From IMG/VR virus record IMGVR_UViG_3300033388_000633, positions 1 through 28,849 of that record: a DNA stretch of 28,849 nucleotides; one strand, given 5' to 3'. Below the pieces are notes generated by a model that did no database searches, had not been told where the DNA came from, and saw nothing but the letters and a program-made list of their open reading frames with translations. This DNA comes from a virus (taxonomy: Duplodnaviria > Caudoviricetes). Positions 10,601 through 20,100 of the stretch are shown here, piece by piece. Each line of letters starts with the position of its first letter. Positions within the stretch are counted from its first letter, which is position 1. The translations under genes and the position numbers were made by a program.

Positions 10601-13110
10601 CTCGAGATACGGATGTAATTGTTTTTCAAGAGGATAAAATAACTAAAGTTTTATATGGTAAAAACTTATTAAATGACGCTATAGGTGGTGGAGATATTGT
10701 TTCAATTCCCGAGGTTTTAGGTACGCAAATTCCTTTTGAAGGTGAATATGGGATAAGTAGTAATCCTGAAAGTTTTGATTATTGGGGGCCAGACATGTTT
10801 TGTACTGATGCAAAAAGAGGTAGTGTGTTGAGTATAAACTCACAAGGCATATACCCTATTTCATCTTCAGGAATGATGGATTACTTTAAAGATGTTTTCA
10901 TATCTTCTCCTAACACTCGAAAAATAGGAGGTGTTGATCCTTTTAAACAGTTTTATACTTTATTTGAAAGCGATATAGAGTTTCCGTGTACTTTTAAATT
11001 ATCGGTTGGTAAAGAGCGTCCTTGGGTTAATCCATTTGATTTATCTTGGAGATCTAGAAACGTATGTGTAACCATCAGTTCTAATGCGACTTGGGGTATT
11101 ACTTTAGTGGATACAGGTGATGGTACCGCTTGGTGTCAAATAAATGGATTCCCGGGACCCACGTATTCCGGTCTAGGCAACGCACAAGTCTGTTTTAATT
11201 TTAATAACAATAACAGTGGAGCAACTAGGTCTCTCCAAATTATATTTCAAGGTTGTGATGAAAGTTATGTCTACAACGTTAATCAATCAGCGTGGAGACC
11301 TATTGAGGTTGATAGTTGGGTGATTGGAAGTCCGATATTAAAACCTCTTAACCCTGTGTGTGTGGTAGATGACGGTGAGTATGTTTCAGATGTGGAATAT
11401 GATTTTAGCTCTAACACTGGGGGTCCTATTGAATTCCCTTCCACTAGAATGAGAAATAAGCCTATTTCTTTTGTCAATAGATATAAAGGTATCGCTGGTC
11501 AACAGTCTGTACCTACACCTGGTGACACTGTTACGTTAAAAGCTTATACAGCGCAAACCCTTAGTAAACAAGGGTTTAATATTGATTTTGGAAACACACT
11601 AAGATACTTGGTTTCAGATGTTCCATACACTGAAGAACAAGTAGAGGATTTATTAGCTCTTTCTACTGCCGCACCATTAGTTCCAGGGGCTGGGTTTGTA
11701 GAAGGTAGTTTTACGTTTAATGTTCCCAATGATGAAGGGTTTTTATATTTAATTTGGGATTTTAGAAACATAAGAAATCCAGGTGTAAGTATTGTGTCTC
11801 CTTCAGGTTCAGAAGGCACAACCTATCATAGTATAAACTACAATGACACGGTAGGTGTTTCTAGAATAAACTATAATGCCAATGCTATAGCTAACAGGTT
11901 TAGGGTTAAATATGGAAACACAGAAGTATTTGATACTGGTTTTGTGGTAGGTGCTGGCTCTTTTAATATTCAGAAAAGTGTTAAAGAAATAGAGAGCGCT
12001 TGCTTGATTGTAGAAACTAGCGGTGTAGATGACGGATGGGACGTGGTTCCTGATCCAACCGCATTAACAAGTTTCTTAACCAATAACGCTGGCACTACTT
12101 TTCCACTTATATGTGCGGCTCCCGTCCCTGTGACTACTAGGTGGCACAACGGAATAAACCCTCTTCCTGTTTTAGGGGACACTATTTTTGAAAACCCTTT
12201 TGGTAGTTCAGTTTTACCTGGTGGTGACTTATATTGGAGAGTAGGGGTTGGTCCCGATGGAGATTATGTTTCATTTGGTGATGATGGAGTAGTGTTTATA
12301 GAAAATAATTGTGCTGCATGTACTGAGGTGGCGGTACCTGTTATAACGGTTCCTGATTTAAACCTCGAGTTAGGTCAAGAAATAAGTCTGCAACTTACAG
12401 CTACTAATAACCCTGAGTCATGGAATTTAGTTAGTTCTTGCGTTTCTTATTCCTTTTTAGGTGGAGAAACGGGTGGAATTTATGAATACACATCTTGTGA
12501 AGACGGTGTAATTAGAGAGGTTTCAGTTCCTCTTCAAGGAAGACAAGTTATATGCTCTTCGACTGTCCCTGTTTTAATTGACGGTTCAGATTCTAGTTTT
12601 ACTGTTGTAGATATTTGTGAGGCGGAGGTAATGCCTCCAACTTTACGATTAGATCAATTTAAAGGCGTGTTAAGCGGAACTATTACCGAAACAGGTGTTT
12701 ATCCAATTGTTATAGAAGCTACTAATTGTTTTGGTACTAGTGCTCCTACTACGTTTGTTGTAGATGTGATTAATGCTAGCGCTTACCGTAGATTCAACAT
12801 GAATACCAACAATCCTGAAACTAATGCCTTAGCCGCGTGTGGAGTTGCTGCAACTTACAGAATATACTACCATAGTGGATTAAGTCCTTATCCGGTAGTA
12901 AATGATTTTGTATACTTTAGATCGGACCGAACAGGTGAATATTTTCCATACAACGGTGGGTATTTATGGTATCTTACAGATGGTGGTGAAGCTATAAGAA
13001 TAGATAGCGTTGGACAAGTGGTAGATGTTAGCATTTGTGGCGTAACAAAAACCACAGAAGCTGGTGATGACAAAACAACAGAAAATGATTTAGACAAAAC
13101 AATAGAATAA
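7603..13110 (+). CDS. Tail stabilisation/nozzle protein (P22 gp10-like) main body with inserted adhesin-like domains
   Basis: Motifs LLFWTDNLNPPRKLN, FSYRYKYLDNEYSA, FDNVPLKA..QELIGSRLVYGNY, YSGIY....GVNNLNEF, GSIQKL and GEYGISSNPES. The TTG at 7612 is unlikely to be a real start; the frame is open from 7603. Confidence 0.78.
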   Translation, partial: EYLLGINIINDLLFWTDNLNPPRKLNVTRNYLVDGFEEDDISVIVKPPLFAPIINMGSTLPVGGAGNITGQENNLEETFVEFSYRYKYLDNEYSAMAPFSSAAFNASVYQYDYANWYLKSMTNANNLVNITFRVGGPQVKEIQLLFRESQSTNVYVVESYDYSAPFNWDFGDNAQAGAYAAAVALTTSFPGNVAFTTQPGFGFGLSGEGIPDSYEVGDTVFIDQDPGFTHASYNGEHIIVEIIDRYTIVIDVLFAGATPVESGSVTLETKTIEFVNNKIYTVLPSDELGRLFDNVPLKALGQELIGSRLVYGNYVQFFDLVNQNNEAIALDFDLYLESRAVGGLPERTFRSDRDYEIGICYLDSYGRMTTVLTARENNLYISPDNSNSVNDIQVYINSPAPSFASHYRLYIKQAKGDYQNIIPSFFVQEGLKRWFQIGPGDINKVKKGEYLICKHTPEGPTFSNTQYKVLDIESKPKDFLNIPGTPQTAGVYFCINDPSGLFNTASLDIYATTNSSVGGPVGFANLGNIFYSQIDNPIFYGQSTTADRVKVVAVPGIAASTAHQSAQYKAFRIKLTVVNGATNEFKYEFMSQEGAYSNPLMVDTSLSSFTLTMSNNPAAPNIFYNITVNSVGAVIYGDPVAAVVWPDLPNSYLTNDYFIINVHSEEAKYTLDNNLNETQGSVPVPATTFSNVGYPKDKVIQAGAQITFKLTHHRSTGENYEDPAQVFISSKEYLNLEEWFWEDQIYSAFNNLTPEGTSGGFGGNQSNTGASLISFARAWATGVNSSGNTYDVWQSNTSGPFSGYANWNELLVSEGSICMRIGTPISALNAGTGVGWSLTVTFEVIQTPGLTVFETLPADNVPEIYFETNKTFAISNGVHEGNLQNQVLGQSPAKVSLNPGVLTGATTEDKENSNFNAWVFSNALESYRIKDAWNGYQLKYSPRASTVIDDYEEQRAAEALTYSGIYRENTGVNNLNEFNLSIANFRYLDKFFGSIQKLHARDTDVIVFQEDKITKVLYGKNLLNDAIGGGDIVSIPEVLGTQIPFEGEYGISSNPESFDYWGPDMFCTDAKRGSVLSINSQGIYPISSSGMMDYFKDVFISSPNTRKIGGVDPFKQFYTLFESDIEFPCTFKLSVGKERPWVNPFDLSWRSRNVCVTISSNATWGITLVDTGDGTAWCQINGFPGPTYSGLGNAQVCFNFNNNNSGATRSLQIIFQGCDESYVYNVNQSAWRPIEVDSWVIGSPILKPLNPVCVVDDGEYVSDVEYDFSSNTGGPIEFPSTRMRNKPISFVNRYKGIAGQQSVPTPGDTVTLKAYTAQTLSKQGFNIDFGNTLRYLVSDVPYTEEQVEDLLALSTAAPLVPGAGFVEGSFTFNVPNDEGFLYLIWDFRNIRNPGVSIVSPSGSEGTTYHSINYNDTVGVSRINYNANAIANRFRVKYGNTEVFDTGFVVGAGSFNIQKSVKEIESACLIVETSGVDDGWDVVPDPTALTSFLTNNAGTTFPLICAAPVPVTTRWHNGINPLPVLGDTIFENPFGSSVLPGGDLYWRVGVGPDGDYVSFGDDGVVFIENNCAACTEVAVPVITVPDLNLELGQEISLQLTATNNPESWNLVSSCVSYSFLGGETGGIYEYTSCEDGVIREVSVPLQGRQVICSSTVPVLIDGSDSSFTVVDICEAEVMPPTLRLDQFKGVLSGTITETGVYPIVIEATNCFGTSAPTTFVVDVINASAYRRFNMNTNNPETNALAACGVAATYRIYYHSGLSPYPVVNDFVYFRSDRTGEYFPYNGGYLWYLTDGGEAIRIDSVGQVVDVSICGVTKTTEAGDDKTTENDLDKTIE
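11053..11286 (+). other. BACON-like domain within the nozzle protein
   Basis: VTISSNATW..(10)..TAW...G.GNAQV.F..NNN.GATR...I.....VNQ matches the W-W-N-R-Q pattern of BACON domains. Confidence 0.6.
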
Positions 13111-13128
13111 ATTTAATAACTTTACATT

Positions 13129-13554
13129 ATGGTTAAAATATCTCAATACACATCAATATCTACACTGGCTGATGAGGATTTATTTGACACTTCTCAATAT
13201 GATCCCGTAGCCTTAGATTATAATACTAGGTCCATTTCTTATGAAGACATGATAGAGTCTATTAAAACGGATATATATACAAGTACGACCGTAGATGCGG
13301 CAGCGTCTCCAGGTGTAGGAAACAATAGAACTGTATTTTATTCAGCTACAGCTCCAGGGAGTATGAGTTTGCCTCTTCCTATTGCGGGTCGAATGATTAC
13401 ATTTGTAAGAATTGCTAATGGTGGTACAGCAGCCACTATCGCAACGACAGGTCCAGGGGTTTTAATTAATGGGGCTGCTCTTTTTGCGACTGATACTACA
13501 TTGTATTCAATCCAAACCGCCCATTGTGACGGAACTAATTGGTTTATAGCATAA
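13129..13554 (+). CDS. Small tail fibre/spike-like protein
   Basis: 141 aa. N-terminal KISQY...TRSISYED motif and C-terminal LPLP..GR.ITF...DGTNWF beta-domain are typical of phage fibre subunits. Confidence 0.55.
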   Translation: MVKISQYTSISTLADEDLFDTSQYDPVALDYNTRSISYEDMIESIKTDIYTSTTVDAAASPGVGNNRTVFYSATAPGSMSLPLPIAGRMITFVRIANGGTAATIATTGPGVLINGAALFATDTTLYSIQTAHCDGTNWFIA

Positions 13555-14312
13555 TGGGAGATACGATAACATATTCGTCAACTGCTAACGGCACCGGTGG
13601 ATGGACATCCAGGTGGTCTTATGAGCCAGAGTGGATGATAGGAATGAATAGTATTTTTTATTCGTTTAAAAACGGAAACATATACAAGCATTGGAACAAC
13701 CCAAGTAGAAATCCATTCTATGGTGTTAATTACCCATCTACTGTAACGCCCATCTTTAACGACAATCCTATAGAGTCTAAAATGTTTTTAACGTTAGACT
13801 TGGAAGGAACAGACGCTTGGGACGTGGCGGTTACAACAGATTTAAGTGAAGGTTTTATTGATAAAGATTATTTCGTTAAAAAAGAAGGTGTTTATTACTC
13901 TAACATTAGACGATATTTTAACGATGACGACCTAAGTCAAACTTCAGCTCAAGGGATTGGTCAAGCTTCTAATGTTACAGGTGCGGCTCCAGTTGTTATT
14001 GAATTCACTCAACCCATTAGTGGTTTATTGAGTGTAGGCGATATGGCTTATATTGGAGCAGCTGGAGGAATTACTCAAATAGGAGAGGTGTCTAGTTATG
14101 TGAATGGCGTTTTTCCTTTACCCTCTTCAATTACTATTAACTTCCCTGTTAATTTACCTGTAATTGGTGATTTTATTATGTTCTTAAAGAATAGCGAAGT
14201 AGAATCTTACGGATCTCGCGGTTATTATGCTTCTGTCACATTAACCAATAACTTAACAACAGAATCAGAATTATTTGCGGTCAGCGCTGAAGTATTTAAA
14301 AGTTTCCCTTAA
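13554..14312 (+). CDS. Tail protein resembling the C-terminal part of the stabilisation/nozzle protein
   Basis: Likely start is the ATG at 13554, overlapping the upstream TAA (TAATG). Motifs GWTSRWSYEPEWMIGMNSIFYSFKNG, FVKKEGVYY, RGYYASVTL and ELFAVSAEVFKS. Confidence 0.7.
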   Translation: MGDTITYSSTANGTGGWTSRWSYEPEWMIGMNSIFYSFKNGNIYKHWNNPSRNPFYGVNYPSTVTPIFNDNPIESKMFLTLDLEGTDAWDVAVTTDLSEGFIDKDYFVKKEGVYYSNIRRYFNDDDLSQTSAQGIGQASNVTGAAPVVIEFTQPISGLLSVGDMAYIGAAGGITQIGEVSSYVNGVFPLPSSITINFPVNLPVIGDFIMFLKNSEVESYGSRGYYASVTLTNNLTTESELFAVSAEVFKSFP

Positions 14313-14317
14313 TTTAG

Positions 14318-14325
14318 TATCTTTG
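14318..14325 (+). promoter_or_regulatory. Bacteroidota-type -7 promoter element TATCTTTG
   Basis: Intergenic, 25 nt upstream of the ATG at 14351, at the head of the cargo-protein block. Confidence 0.7.
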
Positions 14326-14350
14326 TAAAACACCATTTTAATTTACTATT

Positions 14351-15145
14351 ATGATAGGAACAGCTATGGCAATTGCTCAAGTGGGGATGTCAGCAGTAAA
14401 ACTGATGAATGAAAAAAATGACCAAAGAGACTTGCGTATAAAATCCGCTAATTTAAAAAAAGAAGCTTACGCTTATTTAGACTCATTAACTAATGAGTTT
14501 GCAGCTTTTCAAGCTAGCGATACTAAAGAGCGATTAGCTATGGACCAACAGGCTCAAAATGTAGCTAATGCTATGGAGGTGGCGTCTTCTACAGCTGAAG
14601 GAGCGGCACAACTTAGTAACTTGGTAAGAGCTCAAGATAGAACCAATCTAGAATTAATGGCTGGATTAGATGAAAAAGAAATGAATGCTCAACAAGTGAG
14701 AATGCAAGGGGCGGAAAATCTGCGAGACACTCAAGCTAAATATAGAATGGACTTCAACAAGCAAGAGCTTATAGGAACTAATGAAGCGTTAGCTGCAAGT
14801 AAAGCGAATCAAGGTCAGTTAGAAGCTCAACTAATAGGTGGTATAGGTGATTTAGGGGGAGCAATAGTAGATGATTTTGTTGACCCCTTTGCTGGAACAG
14901 CTGGAGCTAAGTTAGGAGATGCAAAAGCTAAAGAAGCTAAAATCACCGATAAGATGGATAAGACCAATGAAAGGTATAACAAAAAGGGGGCAGATTGGTC
15001 TGATAAGAAGGTTAAGCGAGTGGGCAATAGACAAGCTAGGAGAAATACACGTCTTTCACAAAACGCAAGAAACATTGAAACTCTACAAGATATAATTAAA
15101 AATCATGGTCTTGGTTATATGGTAGGTAAGGACGAGTTGGAATAA
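14351..15145 (+). CDS. Putative ejection/internal virion protein (small)
   Basis: 264 aa with a hydrophobic G/A N-terminus, an A/Q-rich coiled coil, a GGIGDLGG segment and a basic C-terminus. Its position after the nozzle genes matches podovirus ejection proteins. Confidence 0.55.
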   Translation: MIGTAMAIAQVGMSAVKLMNEKNDQRDLRIKSANLKKEAYAYLDSLTNEFAAFQASDTKERLAMDQQAQNVANAMEVASSTAEGAAQLSNLVRAQDRTNLELMAGLDEKEMNAQQVRMQGAENLRDTQAKYRMDFNKQELIGTNEALAASKANQGQLEAQLIGGIGDLGGAIVDDFVDPFAGTAGAKLGDAKAKEAKITDKMDKTNERYNKKGADWSDKKVKRVGNRQARRNTRLSQNARNIETLQDIIKNHGLGYMVGKDELE

Positions 15146-15155
15146 ATTAATTATT

Positions 15156-17156
15156 ATGGCAAACGGAAGAACAAGCGGAAGTTATTATGGTTACAAAGCT
15201 CCACAGGGAAATGTTCCTGACTATGCAGGGGCTTTTAGGTCTGCGCGTAAAAGTGTAACAGACGCATTAGATAGAAAGAGAGCTGTAAGAGAAAAAGCAG
15301 ATAAAGAATATCAAGACTCCAAAAACGCCTTAAGTGAAGTTCAAAACGGAAAAGACAAAGAATTTAACGACCTTATTGGTGAGGGGTTAAACAACACCAG
15401 GGACGCTCTTTTTGAAAAACAAAAGCTTTTATATGCAGGGAAAATAAAACCATACGATTGGACCGCTTATAATAATAATTTAAAAAATAGTATGACCGCA
15501 CTTAGTGAGGTATCTACTAATTACAATGAAGTATTTGCTAGTTTCTTAGAAAGGCAACAAATAGATCCTGAGACAGGTAGAGCCCCTGCGGGGATTCAAG
15601 AGGATTTCGCAGCTACTGAATTGGGTGAGTTTGCTGATTTTTCTCATAGAAAACTAATGGCAGACCCTAGTGGTAACTTCTTTTTTGCTTATGAGAATGA
15701 TGACGGTAGTATAGATCCAGATAAGTCGGTTAATGTAAATTATGTTAATAGATTACAAAACCACCAAACTAACGCAGTCGATTTACCTAGCGCAGTTGCT
15801 TCTTATACGGAGCAATTTGGAGACTTTAAAAAAGTTATAGATGATGAAAACATTCAAACAACTGAAGGGTTAAATGCTTTAGAAGGTGCTGGTTTCTTAA
15901 ATGAAGCTTTAGAAAATTTATATGGCATGTACATAAATAGCCCAAGTAAATTGATGAGTGTGTTGGGAGATAATAGCGTGTATAGTGTAAGTGGCACAGC
16001 TGGAGATCAAGCTTATTTCACATATAAAACTACAGATTTAGTAGACCCTAAAGACCCTAGTAAGGGGTTTAAGGACGATTCTAAACATAAAGGCAAGCCT
16101 TTAAATCAAGGTATTTTAATGGAGTTAAATCCCGCTGGAGATTGGGAACCTAAATTAAATGAAGATCAAGTCACACAAGCTAAAAAGGTAATAAGGCAAC
16201 AATTTTATTTATCTATGGGGATTAAAGAAACAGCCAAGCCTCAATATAGCAACGACAGTAACAACTTAAGCGTAAGTCAACAAACCGAATTAAAAAAAGC
16301 AAAAAACCTCTACAACAACGCTATGAGTATTGCGACAGGTGAGGTTGCTCAGTTAAACGGTGTTGAGTACAACAATGGACGAATAGAAGGGGCGAGACCG
16401 CATAAAGGTGGTATTCAGTTTTATGTAGTTCAAAAAGATGGAAGTAAACAGCCTGTGGTAATAAAAAGACCACGTAACGCAAAAGGTGAAAATTTAACCG
16501 AAAATGAATTAGCTACTAAATTTGCTAGAAAAGTAATAGCTCCTATTTTACAAAACACTGACCCAACAACAGTAGATACAAGGTTTATGACTGGCTCTAA
16601 AAACTATAGCCAAAAATATAAAACAGATAACTATCTTAGGTATGATACGGACCCATGGGATTTAGAGTCTTATGGTCCATACATTGACTTAGATACAAGG
16701 GTAGGGAAAATTACTCCTCAAGCACCGGGAACTAAAGATAAGCAATCAGCTGGAACTACGATATATAGGATAATCCCTCAAACATCCTGGAAAGGAGCTG
16801 TTAAAACCTTATCTCAAGGTAATCCTAAAAATAAAGACGATCAATCTGGATATGCTTGGAATGACACCAATAAAACTAAAGCGTTTTTAATGGAAGACAT
16901 ACAATCGTTAACCGAAAAAGCTATGGGAGATTTTATGGGTCAAAAACTCGCTAAGTCAGATGTGGTAGTGACTCCACAAGGTAAAGATTCCGCGGTAGTA
17001 AGTATTACAGTTTTCAATGAATCTAATCCACTTCTCCCCCCTAAGAAAGTGCAGTATGTGTTTAAAAAAGGAAATGACGAAACTATTTATAATGAAAACT
17101 TACAAGCTCTTAATAAAGCGGGGAGAGAGGTTTACAGATTACATTACGGAAAATAA
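15156..17156 (+). CDS. Putative ejection/internal virion protein (medium)
   Basis: 666 aa with a helical N-terminus and no Cys. Second of three size-graded genes after the tail block. Confidence 0.5.
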   Translation: MANGRTSGSYYGYKAPQGNVPDYAGAFRSARKSVTDALDRKRAVREKADKEYQDSKNALSEVQNGKDKEFNDLIGEGLNNTRDALFEKQKLLYAGKIKPYDWTAYNNNLKNSMTALSEVSTNYNEVFASFLERQQIDPETGRAPAGIQEDFAATELGEFADFSHRKLMADPSGNFFFAYENDDGSIDPDKSVNVNYVNRLQNHQTNAVDLPSAVASYTEQFGDFKKVIDDENIQTTEGLNALEGAGFLNEALENLYGMYINSPSKLMSVLGDNSVYSVSGTAGDQAYFTYKTTDLVDPKDPSKGFKDDSKHKGKPLNQGILMELNPAGDWEPKLNEDQVTQAKKVIRQQFYLSMGIKETAKPQYSNDSNNLSVSQQTELKKAKNLYNNAMSIATGEVAQLNGVEYNNGRIEGARPHKGGIQFYVVQKDGSKQPVVIKRPRNAKGENLTENELATKFARKVIAPILQNTDPTTVDTRFMTGSKNYSQKYKTDNYLRYDTDPWDLESYGPYIDLDTRVGKITPQAPGTKDKQSAGTTIYRIIPQTSWKGAVKTLSQGNPKNKDDQSGYAWNDTNKTKAFLMEDIQSLTEKAMGDFMGQKLAKSDVVVTPQGKDSAVVSITVFNESNPLLPPKKVQYVFKKGNDETIYNENLQALNKAGREVYRLHYGK

Positions 17157-17167
17157 CAAGAAATACA

Positions 17168-20100
17168 ATGAACGATAAGACATTAGAATCATTATATAAA
17201 AAATTAGGCTTAGAAGCTAATAATGTAAGTTTTGAAGATTTTAAAGGAGCTTTAGAGGAGTACCCAGAATACAGGGATAATATATTTACAGCGCTTGTAG
17301 ACGCAAAAGAATATACTCAAGAAGAAAGGGGCGCATTTGATGACTTGTTAAAAAAAAAAGAAGAAACTTCGGAGTTGGTTGGAAATCAAGCTCCTACCAC
17401 TACTACATTGGCTACCGATCAGTCGGCTCAGGAAGCTGTTTCGGCTTCTTCCGATTTAGAAAGTAGTCAAGAACCTCAAAACCCTCAAGATGTAATTCAA
17501 GATGAGCAAGAGGTAGTTCAAGCTCAAGACGATACGGAATTACAAATTCAACAAGAGAACACTCAAGAAAATACACCTCCACCTGTTATGGCTAACGCTA
17601 CGGTAGACCAGCCTGAGATTACTAGCGCCACACCTATAATAGAAAACCAAACAGACATGACTCCTCCGGCAGAAATGCCAGATGAATTTGCGCCAATTAA
17701 TGCAGATGATTTAATGACTAGTAAAAGCGAAACTGGTCTGTATCCACAAACGCAAGTAGGCTTTGAAGCGGGTAATGAAGAAGATGGAAATTTAGCCAAC
17801 AAAAAAATGGATTATACTTTTTATCAGATTCCTGTTTCTGAAATGGAGCCCGACCAGGCTTCAAGAGTGGTTAATTATATGCAAGAAAATGGGCTAACTG
17901 AATTAGAGGCTAGAATAAAAAATCCTGACATCTTTATAAACCAAAAGCAATTAGACGCTTTAGAACAAGAGAGAGAAGAAACAAATGAATTTTTAGAAGA
18001 AGGGGTTGGGAATATAATAAACACTATAGGTGATGACATATACAACGATGGATTAGAAGTAACAGAAGGAGAAAATATACCATCGGATTGGAGTACAGAA
18101 TTATATACTGCACCTAATGGATCTACCTATGACAATAAATTAGAATTTATTAACTCCCCAGAGGGTAGGCAATTGATTATGGAAGAAAAAACTTCTATAG
18201 CTGGAGGTGATATAATGAATTTTGACATTAATCGTCACATTTTAGAAGATGCTTTTGTTTTCTCAGGAGCCGACCCAGAACCGTTCGGTTATTATAAAAA
18301 CGAAGACGGTGAATGGGGTGGACCCAGAAGGATGTTTGACTATAGAGGTCTTACTCAAGAATCCTCTGGTCCTGGATTACAGAATGTATTTGATTGGGGA
18401 AGTTTTATTAACCCCGAAACCAATAAACCTTACGACTTAACCAAGGTAAAAAGCTATGATGATTTATCCGTCTTGTGGGATAAGATGTCTCTACACATGA
18501 ACGATGATCAAGCTCAACGCATAATGCAAGAGGCTTATAATCAAAGTATAAATAGTGTTAATAATAAAATTTATGACTACGGTCAAAATTATTTAGATAG
18601 AGCCGACCAAGGGGTTTCTAGGTCTTATAAGCAATTAAGAAACGCTCAATACGACTTAAACTTAATAGTAAATAATCTTGCATACTATGAAGGTTTAGAT
18701 GATAAAATGAAATTTGCTTATGACTCTAAATACACAGAAGCAACAGGATTATCGTATGGCGCCTATTTAGCACAACAATGGGATTTCCAGCAGGCTAATG
18801 TAGAAACAGCTTTATTAGAATATGAACAACAACGTTCCTCTTGGTATAGTGATGAAACTGAACTGATAGATTTAAAAACAGGTAAGTTAATCAACTACGC
18901 AGACGCGGATCAAGAAACTTTAGACTATCATCAAAACATAGATGAAAGTGCGTTAAAATTAGTTAGAAGAAAAGGAAATAACCAAGGGTTTTTAGACGAA
19001 CACTTAAGACGTTCATATTATAATCTAATGGCAATTTCATCTACAATGCCTGATAATTTTGCCGAAGCTTGGTGGGAAGGAAATTCTTACTTTGATGTAG
19101 CTCAAGGAGCTTTATTAGAAGGAATGGTAGGGTTATCAGCAGAAGCTAATAAACTGTTTTTTGATGATGAAGAAATGTATAACAACATTAAAGAGATAGG
19201 AAATAGCTTTTCTAAATGGGGAGGGACTGACAAGCAGACCCTTATCAATTCATCTATGTATGATAAAAACGAAGCCCCTGAATTAAGAGATATGAGGATG
19301 AAAAAGCTTTGGTATTTAGATGGTAACTCACCTTGGATAAATACCTTTAATGAGGCTTTATATGATTTTCAATCAGCTAATAGAGCTGTAGTGTTAAATG
19401 AAGATTACATTCAAAAGGCTAAATTAAACCCTGAGAATAAATTTAATATGTACACCAGGGACTTGTTTATGTCCTTTGATTATCCTGACACACCAGGGAC
19501 TCCTGACGATCCAATGAGTTTTGGTAAATACGGACCAAAAGAGGCTGCCAATCATTGGTCTCAAGTTTTACAACAAAATGGAGTGCAAATATCAGATGAA
19601 GACATGGCTTTTATGGAACAAACTTTTGCAGAAAAGGGAATTCATATGAGTGCTCAAATGACTAATTTCCTATATAAATTTGCTTTAACTAGAGGTATGT
19701 TTAAAGGAGTAGTGGGAACCACGGGCGCTACAGCAGCAGCTCCTCAAGGAGTATATAGATGGGACGCTGTTACGGCAGGGTTGGCGGGCTTAGGTCAAAG
19801 TAAAGCGTATCAACAATCAGTGTTTCTTCTTTCATCTATGTTGCAAGAAGGGTTAATAATGGAGGCTTATCAAGAAGGTTTTGAAGGTGGAGAAGGAATG
19901 GGTTTTTTAGAGGGTGCCGCTCTCGCTGGAGGCTCTGGCGCAATGAATATGGCGTGGAAGGCTATTAATAAAATTCCATTTATGGCTAAAATGCCAGCTA
20001 CCATGGAGAAATTTCTCAATAGTCAATCTCAAGTCGTAGGGGGTATGGGAGGTATGTACACTTCTGAACTAGTTCACGAATTAGGTCATAATAAAGAGTG

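Noticed and set aside
18249-18440. 63-aa alternative-frame ORF inside the giant gene
   Set aside because: No recognisable motif or compositional signal, and the main frame here looks like ordinary globular sequence, unlike the 21573 overlap.
19452-19501. 12-bp direct repeat ACACCAGGGACT, 38 nt apart
   Set aside because: Only two short copies within coding sequence; not a CRISPR array or att site on this evidence.
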